A DNA stretch of 63,260 nucleotides, counting the filler, from Reclinomonas americana ATCC 50394 (lineage: Eukaryota): NCBI GenBank assembly GCA_048213135.1. It is 10 parts of 6 records of this genome, joined end to end, with 100 filler letters (N's around TTAATTAATTAA, not from the genome) between each part and the next. Parts side by side here need not be neighbours in the genome. Positions count along the whole stretch, not along the records: positions 1 to 16,661 come from PS015583.1; positions 16,762 to 18,361 come from PS015584.1; positions 18,462 to 20,223 come from PS015585.1; positions 20,324 to 27,903 come from PS015585.1; 6 more parts are not named here. One strand, 5' to 3'. The position numbers and the translations under genes were made by a program. The notes below the pieces were generated by a model. That model made no database searches. It had not been told where the DNA came from and was given only the letters and a program-made list of their open reading frames with translations. Positions 10,901 through 23,829 of this stretch are shown here, one piece after another (the first letter of the stretch is position 1; each line of letters opens with the position of its first letter).

Positions 10901-13900
10901 ATTGTTGCAGAACCTCTCCCTCGTCGCTGTGGACACACATCATGAGATGCTGTTACAGTGTGCACAACCGCCACACCAACCATGGTCGTACCTTGCTCCT
11001 TTCACCATCGCCCATATACTCGTCCTCATCGTCGTCCATTTCCTCCCTCGCATCATCCTTCTTCTCCTCCTCCTCCTCTTTCAACTCTTCTTTTTTCATC
11101 GCCTTCGCCTCCAGAAGAGCTGCAACTCGCTCGTCAGTTCTGACCCCAAGCACGGTAGGACGTACTCGATGCCATCAGACCTCTTTCGGCGCACCACTCG
11201 ACGGCCCGTGCGATCTCCACCTCCGAGAGACAGCCGTCTCGAATCAGCGACACTTGCAAGCCAGAGCACTCACGCAGGGCCTGCGCGGCTTGGGAGACGA
11301 GCGGCAGGAGCCGGTCGTTGCTCCTCCCTTTATTCGCCACCGTCTTCCATGACTCCTACAGCACGACCGACATTGTGTATGAAGCATGAAGTCAACAACT
11401 CAAAGCAGAAGTACAAAAAGCGCACAGGGAAAAGTTGGCGCACCTCCGAATGGCCACGTTCATCCACCACAATCAGTGGTCTCTCGATGGCATTCGCCAG
11501 AGCGGCGCCGCGCAGTTCGCTCTTCTGCAAAGAGTTGCACACGCATCGTTGTTGGCTCACTTTCCAGATATGTGTGAAATAGATCACACAGACAGATACT
11601 CACCTCGATGAACTTGCTCATGCTCTGGAGCACTCCTTCAACTGATTTGGGTGTGTTGGCGCGTGCACGTTGGACGAATGAATCAAGGCTCTTGCTGAAT
11701 GAGTCCATGGCTGCAGGCGACGGGCTACCAGCTCCTGATGAAGGGATGCCACACTCCTTGCATGCGAGTTCAGCGAGAACGCGCTGATGATAGAGGACGG
11801 CGTTTCCCTTCAGAATAGGTGACATGGAGCCGAATGCCATCACCAGTATCTTCTTCTTGTTGCATCGCTGTTTGCACATACACAATGCAACAAGTGTTAC
11901 GACAAGCATGCACACGGAAGAATCAATCACTCAGCCTTGGTAAGGTGCTGCGGACATGCACACGACACGCAACAAGCAGTCTGTGCAACATCATTCGCTC
12001 GTCCTTGCTCATCTCCGCATCTAAAGCATGGCGACCACACTTGTCGCGCTGCAAATGCACACGCAACGCGACATCCACAATCAGCAAGCCTGCCTCACCA
12101 ACCATACACAGACATTACCATCGTCTTACCTTGCTCGGCTTCGATTCTTCGTCACTGTCACTGCCGGTCTCCACCTGCGGACACACAAGGCATCAACGCT
12201 TGACCGAGACTCGCACATTCGCTACAAGCCTCTCTTACTCATGCATTATTGCTGCGTACCTTGGTGTCATCATCTTCAAGCTTGACGGCATCCTTCTCTT
12301 CTTCCACATCCTTCTCCTCCTTCACCAGCAAGTTCACACCGCCAGATTCTGCGTGGTGCTGATCAAAACCAATGCAAGCAACACTAACTGCCACTTGAGA
12401 TCGCAGACCTTTCGCATGGCACCATGCGACGGCGTGTGATATCACGGCCTCGGAGAGGTGGCTGTCTCGAAGCAGAGCAGTCTTGAGACCGTCGCACTCG
12501 CGCAACGCAGTCACGGCCTGCTTGACAAAAGGCCGAAGGTGGTCTTTCTGGGACTTGCTTGAGGGGCGCAAAATCTCCCACGACTCCTGTCACGTTCAAG
12601 CAGTGTGAATGAAAATCAATAGACATGATCACAAAAGACACTGAAGATCATACAAATCAAACGAACCTCCGAATAACCGCGCTCATCCACCGCAATCAGT
12701 GGTCTCTCAACAGCATCCACCAGAGCCTCGCCAGAGAGCTGGCTCATCTGCAGATTGCAATCACCTGCATGTCGGTTCACATGCCACGGTCGTTTCAGGC
12801 GTACATGCTTGCTCACCTCGATGTAGTTGCCCACTCGCCGGAGCACACCTTCCACTGATTTTGGCGTTCTGGCGCGTAAACCCATGGCACTCAAGCCAAG
12901 ACTCTTGCCGAATGCACACTTGACAGCGGACGACGTGCGACTCCGTTCCGACAACGGAATTCCGCGCTCGTCACAGGCCAGCTCAAAGATAGCACTCTGA
13001 TGGTAGAGGACTGTAGATTTCTGAACAAAAGGCGCCAACAGGCCGAATGCCTTCACCAGAACCTTCTTCCGATTGCATCCCTGTCAGCAACACATGAAGA
13101 ATGGTGAGTGCACTTAAGAGTAGAAGGAGGCGAAGCAGCAATGATGACTTATAGAGCATGCACACGAAACGAGCAGCCTGTTCAGCAGCAGCTTCTCGTC
13201 TGCGCTCAACTCCACCGGCTCTTTCGCAGCTCGAGTCTTGCCGCGCTATGAATCCATAACAAGCAGCATTGACACAAGAGCCCACGTGCAGATCGATGCA
13301 CAAGCACAACAACGTCAATGTCAGAGAATCCAAACCTTCTTATTCTTCTTTGGCGGTGCAAGCTCGTCCTCGCTGGATGCATCACCCTGCAGAGAATGAA
13401 GGATAGAATCAGGTGTCAACTGCGAAGCAAGCGAGAGGCAAGTTGAGACGCGTGTCTTATTGGAGCTCACCTCCACAGAACGCTTGCGGGACGATGTCTC
13501 AACTGAGTCACGTGCAGGCAAGTCCTTTCTGTGATCCACCAGAGACGAGTCGACTCGCCGCCTCCTCACACGTTGCTGTGAAATCATGCCAAGAGAGAGA
13601 GATGGTTCAGTGAGAGACACGCTCATCTTGGGATGACACACAATCAGTGTACCTCGATGATGCCTTCCATCGGTGAGTGTTCCATGTGCTCCTCGTGAGC
13701 AGCTGTGTGAAGGCACCGCTCAGGTGAGACATCACGTGACGCGAAGACACCGACAACTGTGGGAAAGAAAGAAAGAAAGAGAGAGAGAGAGCGAGAGAGA
13801 GAGAGACTCACCCTGCGCAATGTGATTCTCCGCGTCACTTCGGGCAGCGGCAATGGCGGCTGTGCTCTCGTCGGTGCGCTGCTTCTTCTTCTTGTCCCCC

Positions 13901-14265
13901 AAGAAGCCAGCTAGTTCTGCAACAGGGGAATGAAGCAACGACAATCCACGATGAGAAGGAGGAGGAGGAGGAGGAGAAGAACAAGAACAATAACAAGAAC
14001 AAGAAAAAGAAGAAGAAGAAAAAGAAGAAGAAGAAGAAGAAGAAGAACAAGAAGAAGGGAGAGGAGGAGGAGGAGGAAGAGAGAAGCGATGCACTCTCCG
14101 TCAGCATCATTCAGCATCACACTGTGAGGACAACAGATGTTGGGCCAACACAGTCACATAAACACACACAGAGAAGGAAGAGGAAGGGAGTACGCGCAGC
14201 TGTGGCCACATGAAGAGCACAGCGAGCACATCGTCAACACGCAAGTGCAACAGGCACATGGAGAG

Positions 14266-14329
<64 letters not shown>

Positions 14330-15403
14330 ACACACACACACACACTNNNNNNNNNNNNNNNNNNNNNNNNNNNNNNNNNNNNNNNNNNNNNNNNNNNNNN
14401 NNNNNNNNNNNNNNNNNNNNNNNNNNNNNNNNNNNNNNNNNNNNNNNNNNNNNNNNNNNNNNNNNNNNNNNNNNNNNNNNNNNNNNNNNNNNNNNNNNNN
14501 NNNNNNNNNNNNNNNNNNNNNNNNNNNNNNNNNNNNNNNNNNNNNNNNNNNNNNNNNNNNNNNNNNNNNNNNNNNNNNNNNNNNNNNNNNNNNNNNNNNN
14601 NNNNNNNNNNNNNNNNNNNNNNNNNNNNNNNNNNNNNNNNNNNNNNNNNNNNNNNNNNNNNNNNNNNNNNNNNNNNNNNNNNNNNNNNNNNNNNNNNNNN
14701 NNNNNNNNNNNNNNNNNNNNNNNNNNNNNNNNNNNNNNNNNNNNNNNNNNNNNNNNNNNNNNNNNNNNNNNNNNNNNNNNNNNNNNNNNNNNNNNNNNNN
14801 NNNNNNNNNNNNNNNNNNNNNNNNNNNNNNNNNNNNNNNNNNNNNNNNNNNNNNNNNNNNNNNNNNNNNNNNNNNNNNNNNNNNNNNNNNNNNNNNNNNN
14901 NNNNNNNNNNNNNNNNNNNNNNNNNNNNNNNNNNNNNNNNNNNNNNNNNNNNNNNNNNNNNNNNNNNNNNNNNNNNNNNNNNNNNNNNNNNNNNNNNNNN
15001 NNNNNNNNNNNNNNNNNNNNNNNNNNNNNNNNNNNNNNNNNNNNNNNNNNNNNNNNNNNNNNNNNNNNNNNNNNNNNNNNNNNNNNNNNNNNNNNNNNNN
15101 NNNNNNNNNAGAGGTGGAAGAAGAAGAAGAAGAGACAGGCACTCGTCGCCTCGCCATCGCAGGCACACCACGATGAGCAGACGACCCCAATGCGCTCTTC
15201 TTCTTCTCCTCATCATCATCGTTGCTGTTGATGGATGGAGAGTAGGAGGAGTGCATCATCGTCGTCGTCACATGCTGCTTGCTGTCGATGAGCATCATGT
15301 CTGCTTTCTCAACGTCGCACGGAGCAGAGGCTGACATTGACAGCGAAGGAGTTGTTGTTGTTGTTGAGTAAGGGCGTGGTGGAGGAGGAGGTCGAGAGGC
15401 CAT
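7975..15403 (-). CDS. Large hypothetical protein: low-complexity N-terminus followed by five tandem copies of a ~250-aa module, each encoded by five exons
   Basis: Probable ATG at 15403 (MASRPPPPP...). Units of ~1.05-1.25 kb between about 7975 and 13250 have introns at homologous positions. Unit 4 spliced: HRKSGSAKLSVNEQLMLSKLL|GCNKIRILMKAFGLMAPVALQSTVLHHQRALFQLASGECG...PKSVEGVLESVSSFID|KSGLRGAELVNAVEKPLTVIDERGYSE|EFAK...LLPFVIQARQALRSCPDLLATLLRDGCLSQAEIARAAEWCSER|VVREMEMAKKEEE(acidic linker). Joining across the gap at 14347-15109 is assumed. Confidence 0.75.
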
Positions 15404-16705
15404 TTGTGTGTGTCTTGGTTGTTGTTTCTCGCACACACGCGCGCGCTGCGTGATGCAAGAAACGAAGAGAGTGAGAGAACGAAGATTCGTTGATCCGAAC
15501 AGCAAGATGAAAAGGTGACAAGTCGTGATGGGAAGAGAGAAGGAGGAGTGGGAGAACGCGCAGAGAGGGTGGTGTCAGAGCACTGGGCAACCCTGGGCGC
15601 ATCGTCAACTGCGATTGTTCTCCATGACAAGCAATGCATGTCTCTTTGTTTCGATCTTTCTCTCATGGAGAGAACATGGATCAGGGGAAGGTGGTGCTGA
15701 GATGATGATGGACAACAGCTCCACGTCGAGTTACAACAGCGCACGTGGGCAGCTGCATCATGGCAGCATCACCTCGAGGAAGAGCCTCAGACAGACACAA
15801 TGAGAAGGTCACGATCTCGGCGATGCAGCTGAAAAACCACAACACTGATCGTCATCGAGACTGCATTCCAACCGCACCCGTTGAGATGGTGCCGATAAGA
15901 GGTGCAGGAGTATCCACAGACCCAACAAAGCAGCACTTCCTTGTGCTCGATCCACATCGAACCACCAAGAACACGAGTCATCTGCACAATCTCGTGATGG
16001 GTTACTCCCGTCCTCGCAGCTGTTGGTGGGCCATCATGCACCAACGATGTGCTGCTCTGCCGCAAACATGAACACAGAAGAAGCACGTGTCGTTGGTTAC
16101 CAATCTGGCTGGACTTGGTCAACAAGACAGCCATTCTCGTGTTTGTTGTTGATGAGAGTGAGCAACACGCACGAATACAAATGGATGCCCCGGGCGGCTG
16201 CACCCACAATACCATGATGGCCCCTTCCAACCATTTTTCATTCGTCTTGCTCCTCCACCTGCCACAACAACAACAACAGTCAGCTGCATGAAGACAAGAC
16301 TCAGATGCAGAGTCCATCCCGCACAACACAAGGCAACTTCTCAATTAAGCCCTCTTGGTGCACTGTGATTCTGCTTTTGTCTTCTTCTTTCCCGACAAGC
16401 TCCATCAATCTCACAAGCAACATGCATGTGTTGCCTGCCCAGTGAAACCTTTCTCCCTCTCTCACTCATCCGTCCGGCTGCCCCTCATTCCCACTCTCTC
16501 AGCACGCACCGATGCAGGTATGTCACAGTCCATCAACAGCAATGTCTTGCTCTCCACATCAAGCTCCTTCTCCATCACCACCACTCTGAATTTCTTGCTC
16601 TACATGTCCTCGTCCTCGTCTTCCTGTTCATCCTCCTCATCCTCGTCCTCCTCCTCCTCCTNNNNNNNNNNNNNNNNNNNNNNNNNNNNNNNNNNNNNNN
16701 NNNNN

Positions 16706-16717
16706 TTAATTAATTAA
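16706..16717. other. Artificial contig-concatenation linker TTAATTAATTAA (also at 18406, 20268, 27948, 52774, 56918, 59071, 60545, 62135)
   Basis: Identical 12-mer with stop codons in all six frames, each time embedded between N runs of ~44. Confidence 0.97.
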
Positions 16718-16764
16718 NNNNNNNNNNNNNNNNNNNNNNNNNNNNNNNNNNNNNNNNNNNNAAC

Positions 16765-16829
<65 letters not shown>

Positions 16830-16833
<4 letters not shown>

Positions 16834-17295
16834 TTCTTGGCAGTCACACTGGTGGCGGTGACAGACGTGGAAGAAAACGAAGAGACAGGCACTCGTCGCC
16901 TCGCCATCGCAGGCACACCACGATGAGCAGACGACCCCGATGCGCTCTTCTTCTTCTTCTCATCACCATCATCACCGTTGCTGTTGATTGAGAGAGAGGA
17001 GGAATGTATCATCGTCATCGTCGTCGCCGTCACATGCTGCTTGCTGTCGACGAGCATCATGTCTGCTTTCTCATCGTCGCACGGAGAAGAGGCAGACATT
17101 GGCAGCGAAAGAGGAGTTGTTGTTGTTGAGTGAGAGCGTGGAGGAGGACGAGGGCGAGAGGCCATTTGTGTGTGTCTTTGTTGTTGTTTCTCTCACACAC
17201 GCGCGCGCTGCGTGATGCAAGAAACGAAGAGAGAGAGAAAATGAAGATTCGTTGATCCGAACAACAAAGATGAAAAGGTGACAAGTCGTGATTTG
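16830..17295 (-). repeat. Second (paralogous or allelic) copy of the first exon and 5' flank seen at 15110-15530
   Basis: MASRPRPPPRSHSTTTTPLSLPMSASSPCDDEKADMMLVDSKQH...GSSAHRGVPAMARRRVPVSS (ATG 17165) versus MASRPPPPPRPYSTTTTTPSLSMSASAPCDVEKADMMLIDSKQH... (ATG 15403); upstream DNA is also similar. The copies lie on different contigs. Confidence 0.85.
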
Positions 17296-18846
17296 AAGGG
17301 AGAGGAGTGGCAGGGGAAAGGAGGAGAGCGGAGTGGATCGTCAAACCAGACTGCCTTGGGTGCGGCTGGCAAACCATCGCAACGTCGAGCAAGTTGTCCC
17401 ACACCGATCACTCAATGGCCAGCACGCCTCACTCACACGTTCCCCGGCTCACTCGCTGGCACGACATCACCGATGCTGACGACGACGATNNNNNNNNNNN
17501 NNNNNNNNNNNNNNNNNNNNNNNNNNNNNNNNNNNNNNNNNNNNNNNNNNNNNNNNNNNNNNNNNNNNNNNNNNNNNNNNNNNNNNNNNNNNNNNNNNNN
17601 NNNNNNNNNNNNNNNNNNNNNNNNNNNNNNNNNNNNNNNNNNNNNNNNNNNNNNNNNNNNNNNNNNNNNNNNNNNNNNNNNNNNNNNNNNNNNNNNNNNN
17701 NNNNNNNNNNNNNNNNNNNNNNNNNNNNNNNNNNNNNNNNNNNNNNNNNNNNNNNNNNNNNNNNNNNNNNNNNNNNNNNNNNNNNNNNNNNNNNNNNNNN
17801 NNNNNNNNNNNNNNNNNNNNNNNNNNNNNNNNNNNNNNNNNNNNNNNNNNNNNNNNNNNNNNNNNNNNNNNNNNNNNCGCTCAAAGTGCGACAAGGCCGT
17901 TCGCAGGTGCGCCGACGGCCGTCCGACGTACGGCTCAAAGCCGTCGACTTGCTCGCCCTCGTCCAGTTCGTCGCCCCACTCCGACTCGTGCTCCACCAGG
18001 TCGGAGACCACCAGACGGACGTTTTGTCGAACGACTGCGGGTGGGAGAAAGAAGAGAGAAGAGGGAGATGCGTTATGCGTGTGAGAGCAGCGATCGCTAT
18101 GTCAATCGTTGTCACACGTGTGGGCGCGAAAATGCTTTGACAAACGCAACAGTCGACCAGCTCAACAACGCATCGACGGAGAACGGGTCCATGCGAAGCG
18201 TGTCGGCTTTGTAGTTGTGGTTGTGTAGTTGCAGTGGCGGTGGTGGAAGACGACGACGAGGAGAAGGAGGAGGAAGAAGCTGCGGTCTTTGAGATTGGAA
18301 GGCGCTCGGGTGGCGAGGAGAAGGAGTAGTCGTCGCCGTCTTCGTCGTCTGCATCGTCGTCNNNNNNNNNNNNNNNNNNNNNNNNNNNNNNNNNNNNNNN
18401 NNNNNTTAATTAATTAANNNNNNNNNNNNNNNNNNNNNNNNNNNNNNNNNNNNNNNNNNNNTCTTCTTCTTCTCTTCTTCTTCTTCTTCCTTCTCTCCTC
18501 CTCCTCCCCTCCCTCTCCTCCTCCTCCGTCCTCTTCCGTCTCCCTCCTCCCCCTCCTCCGCCTCCCCTCGCCTTCTCCTCCTTCCCCTCCTCCTCCTCCT
18601 CCGCCTCCTCCTCCGTATCCTCCTACTCCACCATCCTTCTCCTCCACTTTGTCCTCCTCTTTCTTCTTCTCCTCCTCCTCTTCTTCTGGCTCCCTCCTCC
18701 ACTTCCATCTTTCCCTTCGTTCTCTCTTTTCCTTCATTGTGCTGATGCCGAGATATTTGTTGAACGGCTGGCACTTGTTTGCACAGCTATTGCTAACCTT
18801 CCTCACTCTCTGTCTTCTGATTTCTCCCTTCACTTCTCTCTCCCAG

Positions 18847-19441
18847 CTCCCGACCGTCGCGCTGTCATCCATTCGCTCCGACTACTACATGTGCGAAAAG
18901 TCTGTGGTCATTCGTGGCCTCTTCTCCGACTGGCCGGCACTGGAACTGTGGCCGCAACTTACCACATACTGGCGCCAACGCAAGGAGCTGGCCATGCGCA
19001 CAGTTTGGTTGGCGGTGATCCCCCTTTCAATGGCGTGTTAGCTGACACAGTGCACGCGCGCGCGCAGGTGCCCGTGGAAATCGGCCGGTACCACCGTGCG
19101 GCGTCGTTCCGCGAGCAGACCATGTTTCTCGGCGATTTCATGGCCGAGTTCATGGAGCCGTCGGTGGCCGATCAAGCGCAGCAAATCGCCGGCCTGGCAC
19201 CGGGAGTTAGTGGCGCCACCGATGGCAGCGTGGACATGTCGCGTGTGGCGTATGTGGCGCAGGTGTGCTTTGTTTCTCTCATTGTCGGTGGTGACGATAT
19301 CACTTATCCGATTTTGCTTGTCACCAGCACAATCTGTTTGAGCAGATCCCGGCGTTGGCGGGCGACTTTGAGGTGCCGACGTTGATTTCCATGCTTGGGG
19401 AGCTGTCCAAGATCAAGGCGTGGATGGGGACGGCGCACACG
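18847..19441 (+). CDS. JmjC/cupin-8 (JMJD5/KDM8-like) oxygenase, internal fragment (3 exons)
   Basis: SVVIRGLFSDWPALELW...RT|VPVEIGR...FLGDFMAEFM...AYVAQ|HNLFEQIPALAGDFEVP...KAWMGTAHT|, matching JMJD5-family motifs PV.I.G....WPA...W, RTVPVEIG, YLAQH.LF.QIP.L..D and NAW.GP.GT. Confidence 0.8.
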
Positions 19442-20149
19442 GTAATGAGCGGAGAGGGGGGAGAAGGGGAAGGGATGGGAAGGGGAAGGGGGGAAGGGGA
19501 AAGGGATGCAGGGAGGGAGGGAGAGAGAGAGGGAGGGAGAAGAAAGAGAGAGTGGATGAGACAGTAACTGGGAGCGAATGACAAGACAAGTCAAGACACA
19601 AGAGGTGGCTCAGTGGAGTGAAGAACGGGACATGTTGTGAAGAGTTACATGAAGATTCAACGAGATCGAGAAGGAGTTGGAGAGAAGGGGGATGGAAAGA
19701 GAGAGAGAGAAAGAAAATGAAGGTGAAGGGGAAGAGAGGGGAAAGGTAAAGGGAAGGGGAAAGGGAGAGAAGAGAAAAGTGAGGCGACATGCGCCAGGCG
19801 AAGATAGCGTTAGGCCAAGGCAAGTCGAAAGACAAGTACGGACTGCAGTGGAGTGAAGAAGCGGAACAGGTGGTGGAGAGGAATGGAGAGGGAGCAATCG
19901 TGCGAGTCAGGGCGCGATCGACAGGCATGCGAGAAGCCATTAGACGAGTGAGAGAGACAGAGAGAGTTTTGATTTGTATACAAAAATGCGAGACAGCTTG
20001 TGCCAACGAAGACGGAAAGGAGGGGAAGCGAATGAGAACATTTATTCGGGCGAGTGGCGACGGTGGACAAGTGTGGAGAGTTGCCTGAGAACAGGAAACG
20101 GGAGACTCAACGAGATCGAGAAATGCCTGCCATTTAATCTGTCGAATAG

Positions 20150-20203
<54 letters not shown>

Positions 20204-20499
20204 GAGAACGAAGTAAGTAGTAGNNNNNNNNNNNNNNNNNNNNNNNNNNNNNNNNNNNNNNNNNNNNTTAATTAATTAANNNNNNNNNNNNNNNNNNNNN
20301 NNNNNNNNNNNNNNNNNNNNNNNTTTTGAGCGCGGGAAAAAATGAATGTGTCGATTGTCTAGAAATGGGTGGGGAGGTGAGAAGAGAGTGAGGAGATGGA
20401 GGTGGTGGAGAGAGGAGGTGCGAGAGGGAGAGACAAGAGCGGGAAGCAGGTCTTGGAGCTCACCGCCGCCGCTGGTGGAGTTGTCTACCTTCCCGCCAA

Positions 20500-20571
20500 G
20501 CGCTTATAGTCTAGCGGTTATGATTCTTCCCTTCCAAGGAAGCGGTCCGGGTTCGACTCCCGGTGAGCGCA
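20500..20571 (+). tRNA. tRNA-Gly (anticodon TCC), intronless
   Basis: Acceptor stem GCGCTTA/TGAGCGC plus discriminator A; D-loop TAGCGG; anticodon arm CTTCC-CT-TCC-AA-GGAAG; T arm CCGGG-TTCGACT-CCCGG. Confidence 0.95.
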
Positions 20572-20573
20572 AA

Positions 20574-20592
20574 TTTTTTTAATTTTTTTTTT
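20574..20592 (+). terminator. RNA polymerase III oligo-T terminator
   Basis: T7 and T10 runs immediately 3' of the tRNA. Confidence 0.8.
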
Positions 20593-20899
20593 GCATTCAC
20601 GATCCGCAGCAGCACGATGAGAAGCAGTGCGGGAGAAAGGCGGAGCGTCGTGCGCGTGCAGATGGCAAAATGCACAAAAAAATGCGAAGCAATGGGCGCT
20701 GGTGGCGCGTGACGGCAAAGGCCAGGCGGCAGTGCAGGGGGGGAGAGACATCCTCAAAGGTGCGTTACTCTCCATGAAGCTCCCTTCTTCACTCTCAGGC
20801 ATGCGACAAGTTATTTCACTCTCTACCTCATCCCACCACCTCCTCTTGCCGCCTGTCTCATCTGTGATTCCGCTCCCGCTCCCGCTCTCGTGCATGACT

Positions 20900-23310
20900 C
20901 TGACGATGCGAGCCATTCACCGGCGACGGTTCGCGGCGTCGATCGTCTGTCTTGCGTCGCTTGGAATCCGGCTCGTCAGAGTCCTGCATGCGTGTGTGTG
21001 AGGGAACGAGAAAACTCCAAACCCGCAACGACCTGCTCCCTGCCTACCTTGCGGTCGGTGCGCACCACCGGTGGCGAGGATATGTGACTGTCGTCGGCTG
21101 GACGCGGTCGCTTCCGGGCGCCCTCTGGGATGGCGACCTCCTCTTCGATAGGCGGCTCGATGCGGCGCTTCAGGCGCGGCGAATCGAGCAGGAAGTCGAG
21201 GTCGGGATCGAAGGACGAGTTGGCGCCGGCCATGCGAGGTGATGATGCGGAGGTGGGTGGTACGGAGATGGCCGGGGTGGAGGCGGATGCTGAGAGGGGG
21301 GAAAGGGAATGGAGAGGGGAAGGGAGAGGAGAAGGAGGGCGAAGACTATGTCAGCAACTTGCGTCACTCACAGGTCTTCCGAGCAATTATCTCTCGTGCT
21401 CGTGTCATTCATACCTTCTCCCACAGAAATGTGCAACTCTCCTCTGCGCCAACTACAAGTGGTGCACACACGACAACACGGGCCAGGCGAAGGAGAATGC
21501 AAAAGATGCGCGGGCAAAAAGAAGGCAGTGCGCGCTCACTCGTAAATCTCTGGTCTTAAGTGTCTCCTTCCTCTGTTTTACAAACAGAACTTTGGCGATT
21601 CAACACGAGAAAGACACGAGTGAAATAGTGAGTGGCTAATGCACAAGACAAGAGTGTGCACATCTTGTCCTATTCGTCAATTTGCTTCCCCATGCCACCC
21701 CCTGCACGCAACATCCCCCTGAAGCCGGTGCCGCCGCCGCCGCTGGAGGTGGTGGCGCTGGCGGTTCTTCCGCCGCCGGCGTCGACGTAGTACGACGAGA
21801 AACAACAGCCGGCGGCGACGACGAGCGTGCTGCGGCAAGAATGAGATACACATCTCTCTTCCCCACATTCACCTCCACACATCCAGACCTGCTGCAGCTT
21901 GCGGTCGCAGCGACGAGCCATTCCGAGCTGTCGTCCGCGAGGAGGAGGACGTCGGTCGCGGCTCGCAGTCTCGACTCCTGTCGTCGCGCGGTGACCGCGA
22001 TGAGGCGGCAACGGATTCGAGCTTGAGCGAGTCGCGCTTCGGATCCCTGCCGTCGGTCCTGGGTGTTGAGGACCTTTCCCAGCCCGTCGACTTGCCGCCG
22101 GAATTCCTGTCGCTCCTGCTCGCGTCGCTGCTCTTCGAAGCCGAGCGCGCACTCTCTGCGACCTCCGACTTGTCCCATCCCGTGGTGGACGAGCGGGCAC
22201 TGCTGCTCTTCTCACCCTTGCTCGCACCCTCGCTCGAGTTGCTCACACGCACAGGAGCGGACGAGTCGGGTTTCGCCCGCCGATCGAAGCCGCCCTTGGT
22301 GTCTGCCTCCTTTGTCTCGCCCCTGCCCTTGCCTGCATCCTCCCGTCTCTCGCCGCCCTTGCCAGCATTGAGATGCGCACTGGCCTCCTCCCTCGTCTCA
22401 CCTCTTGTCGGCGGCCGATCACTGCTGGCCTTCGCACTGGCACTCTCTTTCGCCTCGCACTTGACCGCCTGCCGGTCGCTGCCGCCCTTGCCAGCATTGG
22501 GATGCGCACTGGCCTCCTCCCTCGTCTCACCTCTTGTCGGCGGTCGATCATTGGTGGCCTTCGCACTGGCACTCTCCTTTGCCTCACCCTTGACCGCCTG
22601 TCTGTCACCAACGCCCTTGCCAGCGTTGACACTCGCACTCGCCTCCTCCCTCCGATCGCTGCTGGCCTTCGCACTGGCACTCTCCTTTGCCTCACCCTTG
22701 ACCGCGTGCTGACGCTGCGGCTCGCTCTTGCTCGCCTCGGCCGGTGACTCTGACTTGCCAGCGGGGCGCGCGGCAGTCGTGGTTCGCCTTTCTGCGCTGT
22801 CCTTGACGTCTTTCGATGACGACGACCGTCCGTTACTTTCGCTGCCTTCTCGCACGCGAGGTGTTTCCGTGTCTTTCGCATCGCTGTGCGAGCTGCTATG
22901 GGAGGAGGGCCACGCAGAACGACAATCATCAGCGCCAGCTTGCGACGACGCGGCGTGCGTGCTCAGTCGATGACACACCTAGCGGCCATCGCCACACGCG
23001 ACGGCTGCGGTGGTGCTGGTGGTGGTGGTGGCAGCAGTGGCGGCGGCGCCGTCAGTGCTGGTGACGGTGGTGGAGACGACAGGTCCTCCAGTAACCGAGC
23101 CAGTGCTGGCGACGGCTCCAGCTTTTCGACGAGCAGGGAGACGGCCTCGCAGTGGAAGACTATGGCAACGGTGAGGGTCAGATGAGTGGAAACGGGAAAG
23201 GGAGATTGGCGTGCTCACCAGAAGGCTTGCGGTCCCGTGAGATGCCGAGGGAGTACAGGCAGGAGTTTTGGAGGAGGTGGTGCAGGCGACCGGCGGTGAT
23301 GTCGCTGACG
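20900..23310 (-). CDS. Hypothetical protein, Ser/Ala/Lys/Arg-rich and low-complexity, with internal ~40-aa repeats (partial)
   Basis: Long open frame 21869-22978 with GT-AG-bounded neighbouring exons; no recognisable domain; ends uncertain. Confidence 0.5.
22300..22710 (-). repeat. Coding tandem repeat, ~120 bp (AVKGEAKESASAKAxxDRPPTRGETREEASAHxNAGKGGxDRQ), about 3 copies
   Basis: Visible in the 21869..22978 translation and in the DNA (gccttcgcactggcactctc at ~22428, 22557 and 22666). Confidence 0.85.
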
Positions 23311-23374
23311 AGGGAAAGGGGTGAGGGGGGTAAGGGGAGGGAATGGGGAGGACGAGGAAGAGGGGGATGAGGGA

Positions 23375-23456
<82 letters not shown>

Positions 23457-23829
23457 GAGAGAGAGAGANNNNNNNNNNNNNNNNNNNNNNNNNNNNNNNN
23501 NNNNNNNNNNNNNNNNNNNNNNNNNNNNNNNNNNNNNNNNNNNNNNNNNNNNNNNNNNNNNNNNNNNNNNNNNNNNNNNNNNNNNNNNNNNNNNNNNNNN
23601 NNNNNNNNNNNNNNNNNNNNNNNNNNNNNNNNNNNNNNNNNNNNNNNNNNNNNNNNNNNNNNNNNNNNNNNNNNNNNNNNNNNNNNNNNNNNNNNNNNNN
23701 NNNNNNNNNNNNNNNNNNNNNNNCAGCTCGGTTCGCGTCCTCACTGCTCGGCTGGTTTCCGACATATTAGATGGTGCAGTGTGATCATTCCTCCGTTGTG
23801 CGTCGTCTTTTGCGTCAACTCATTGTGCT

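Noticed and set aside
15560..16330. Possible sixth degenerate unit of the five-repeat module or a separate gene
   Set aside because: Splice-like signals are present, but I could not establish convincing motif matches or a frame.
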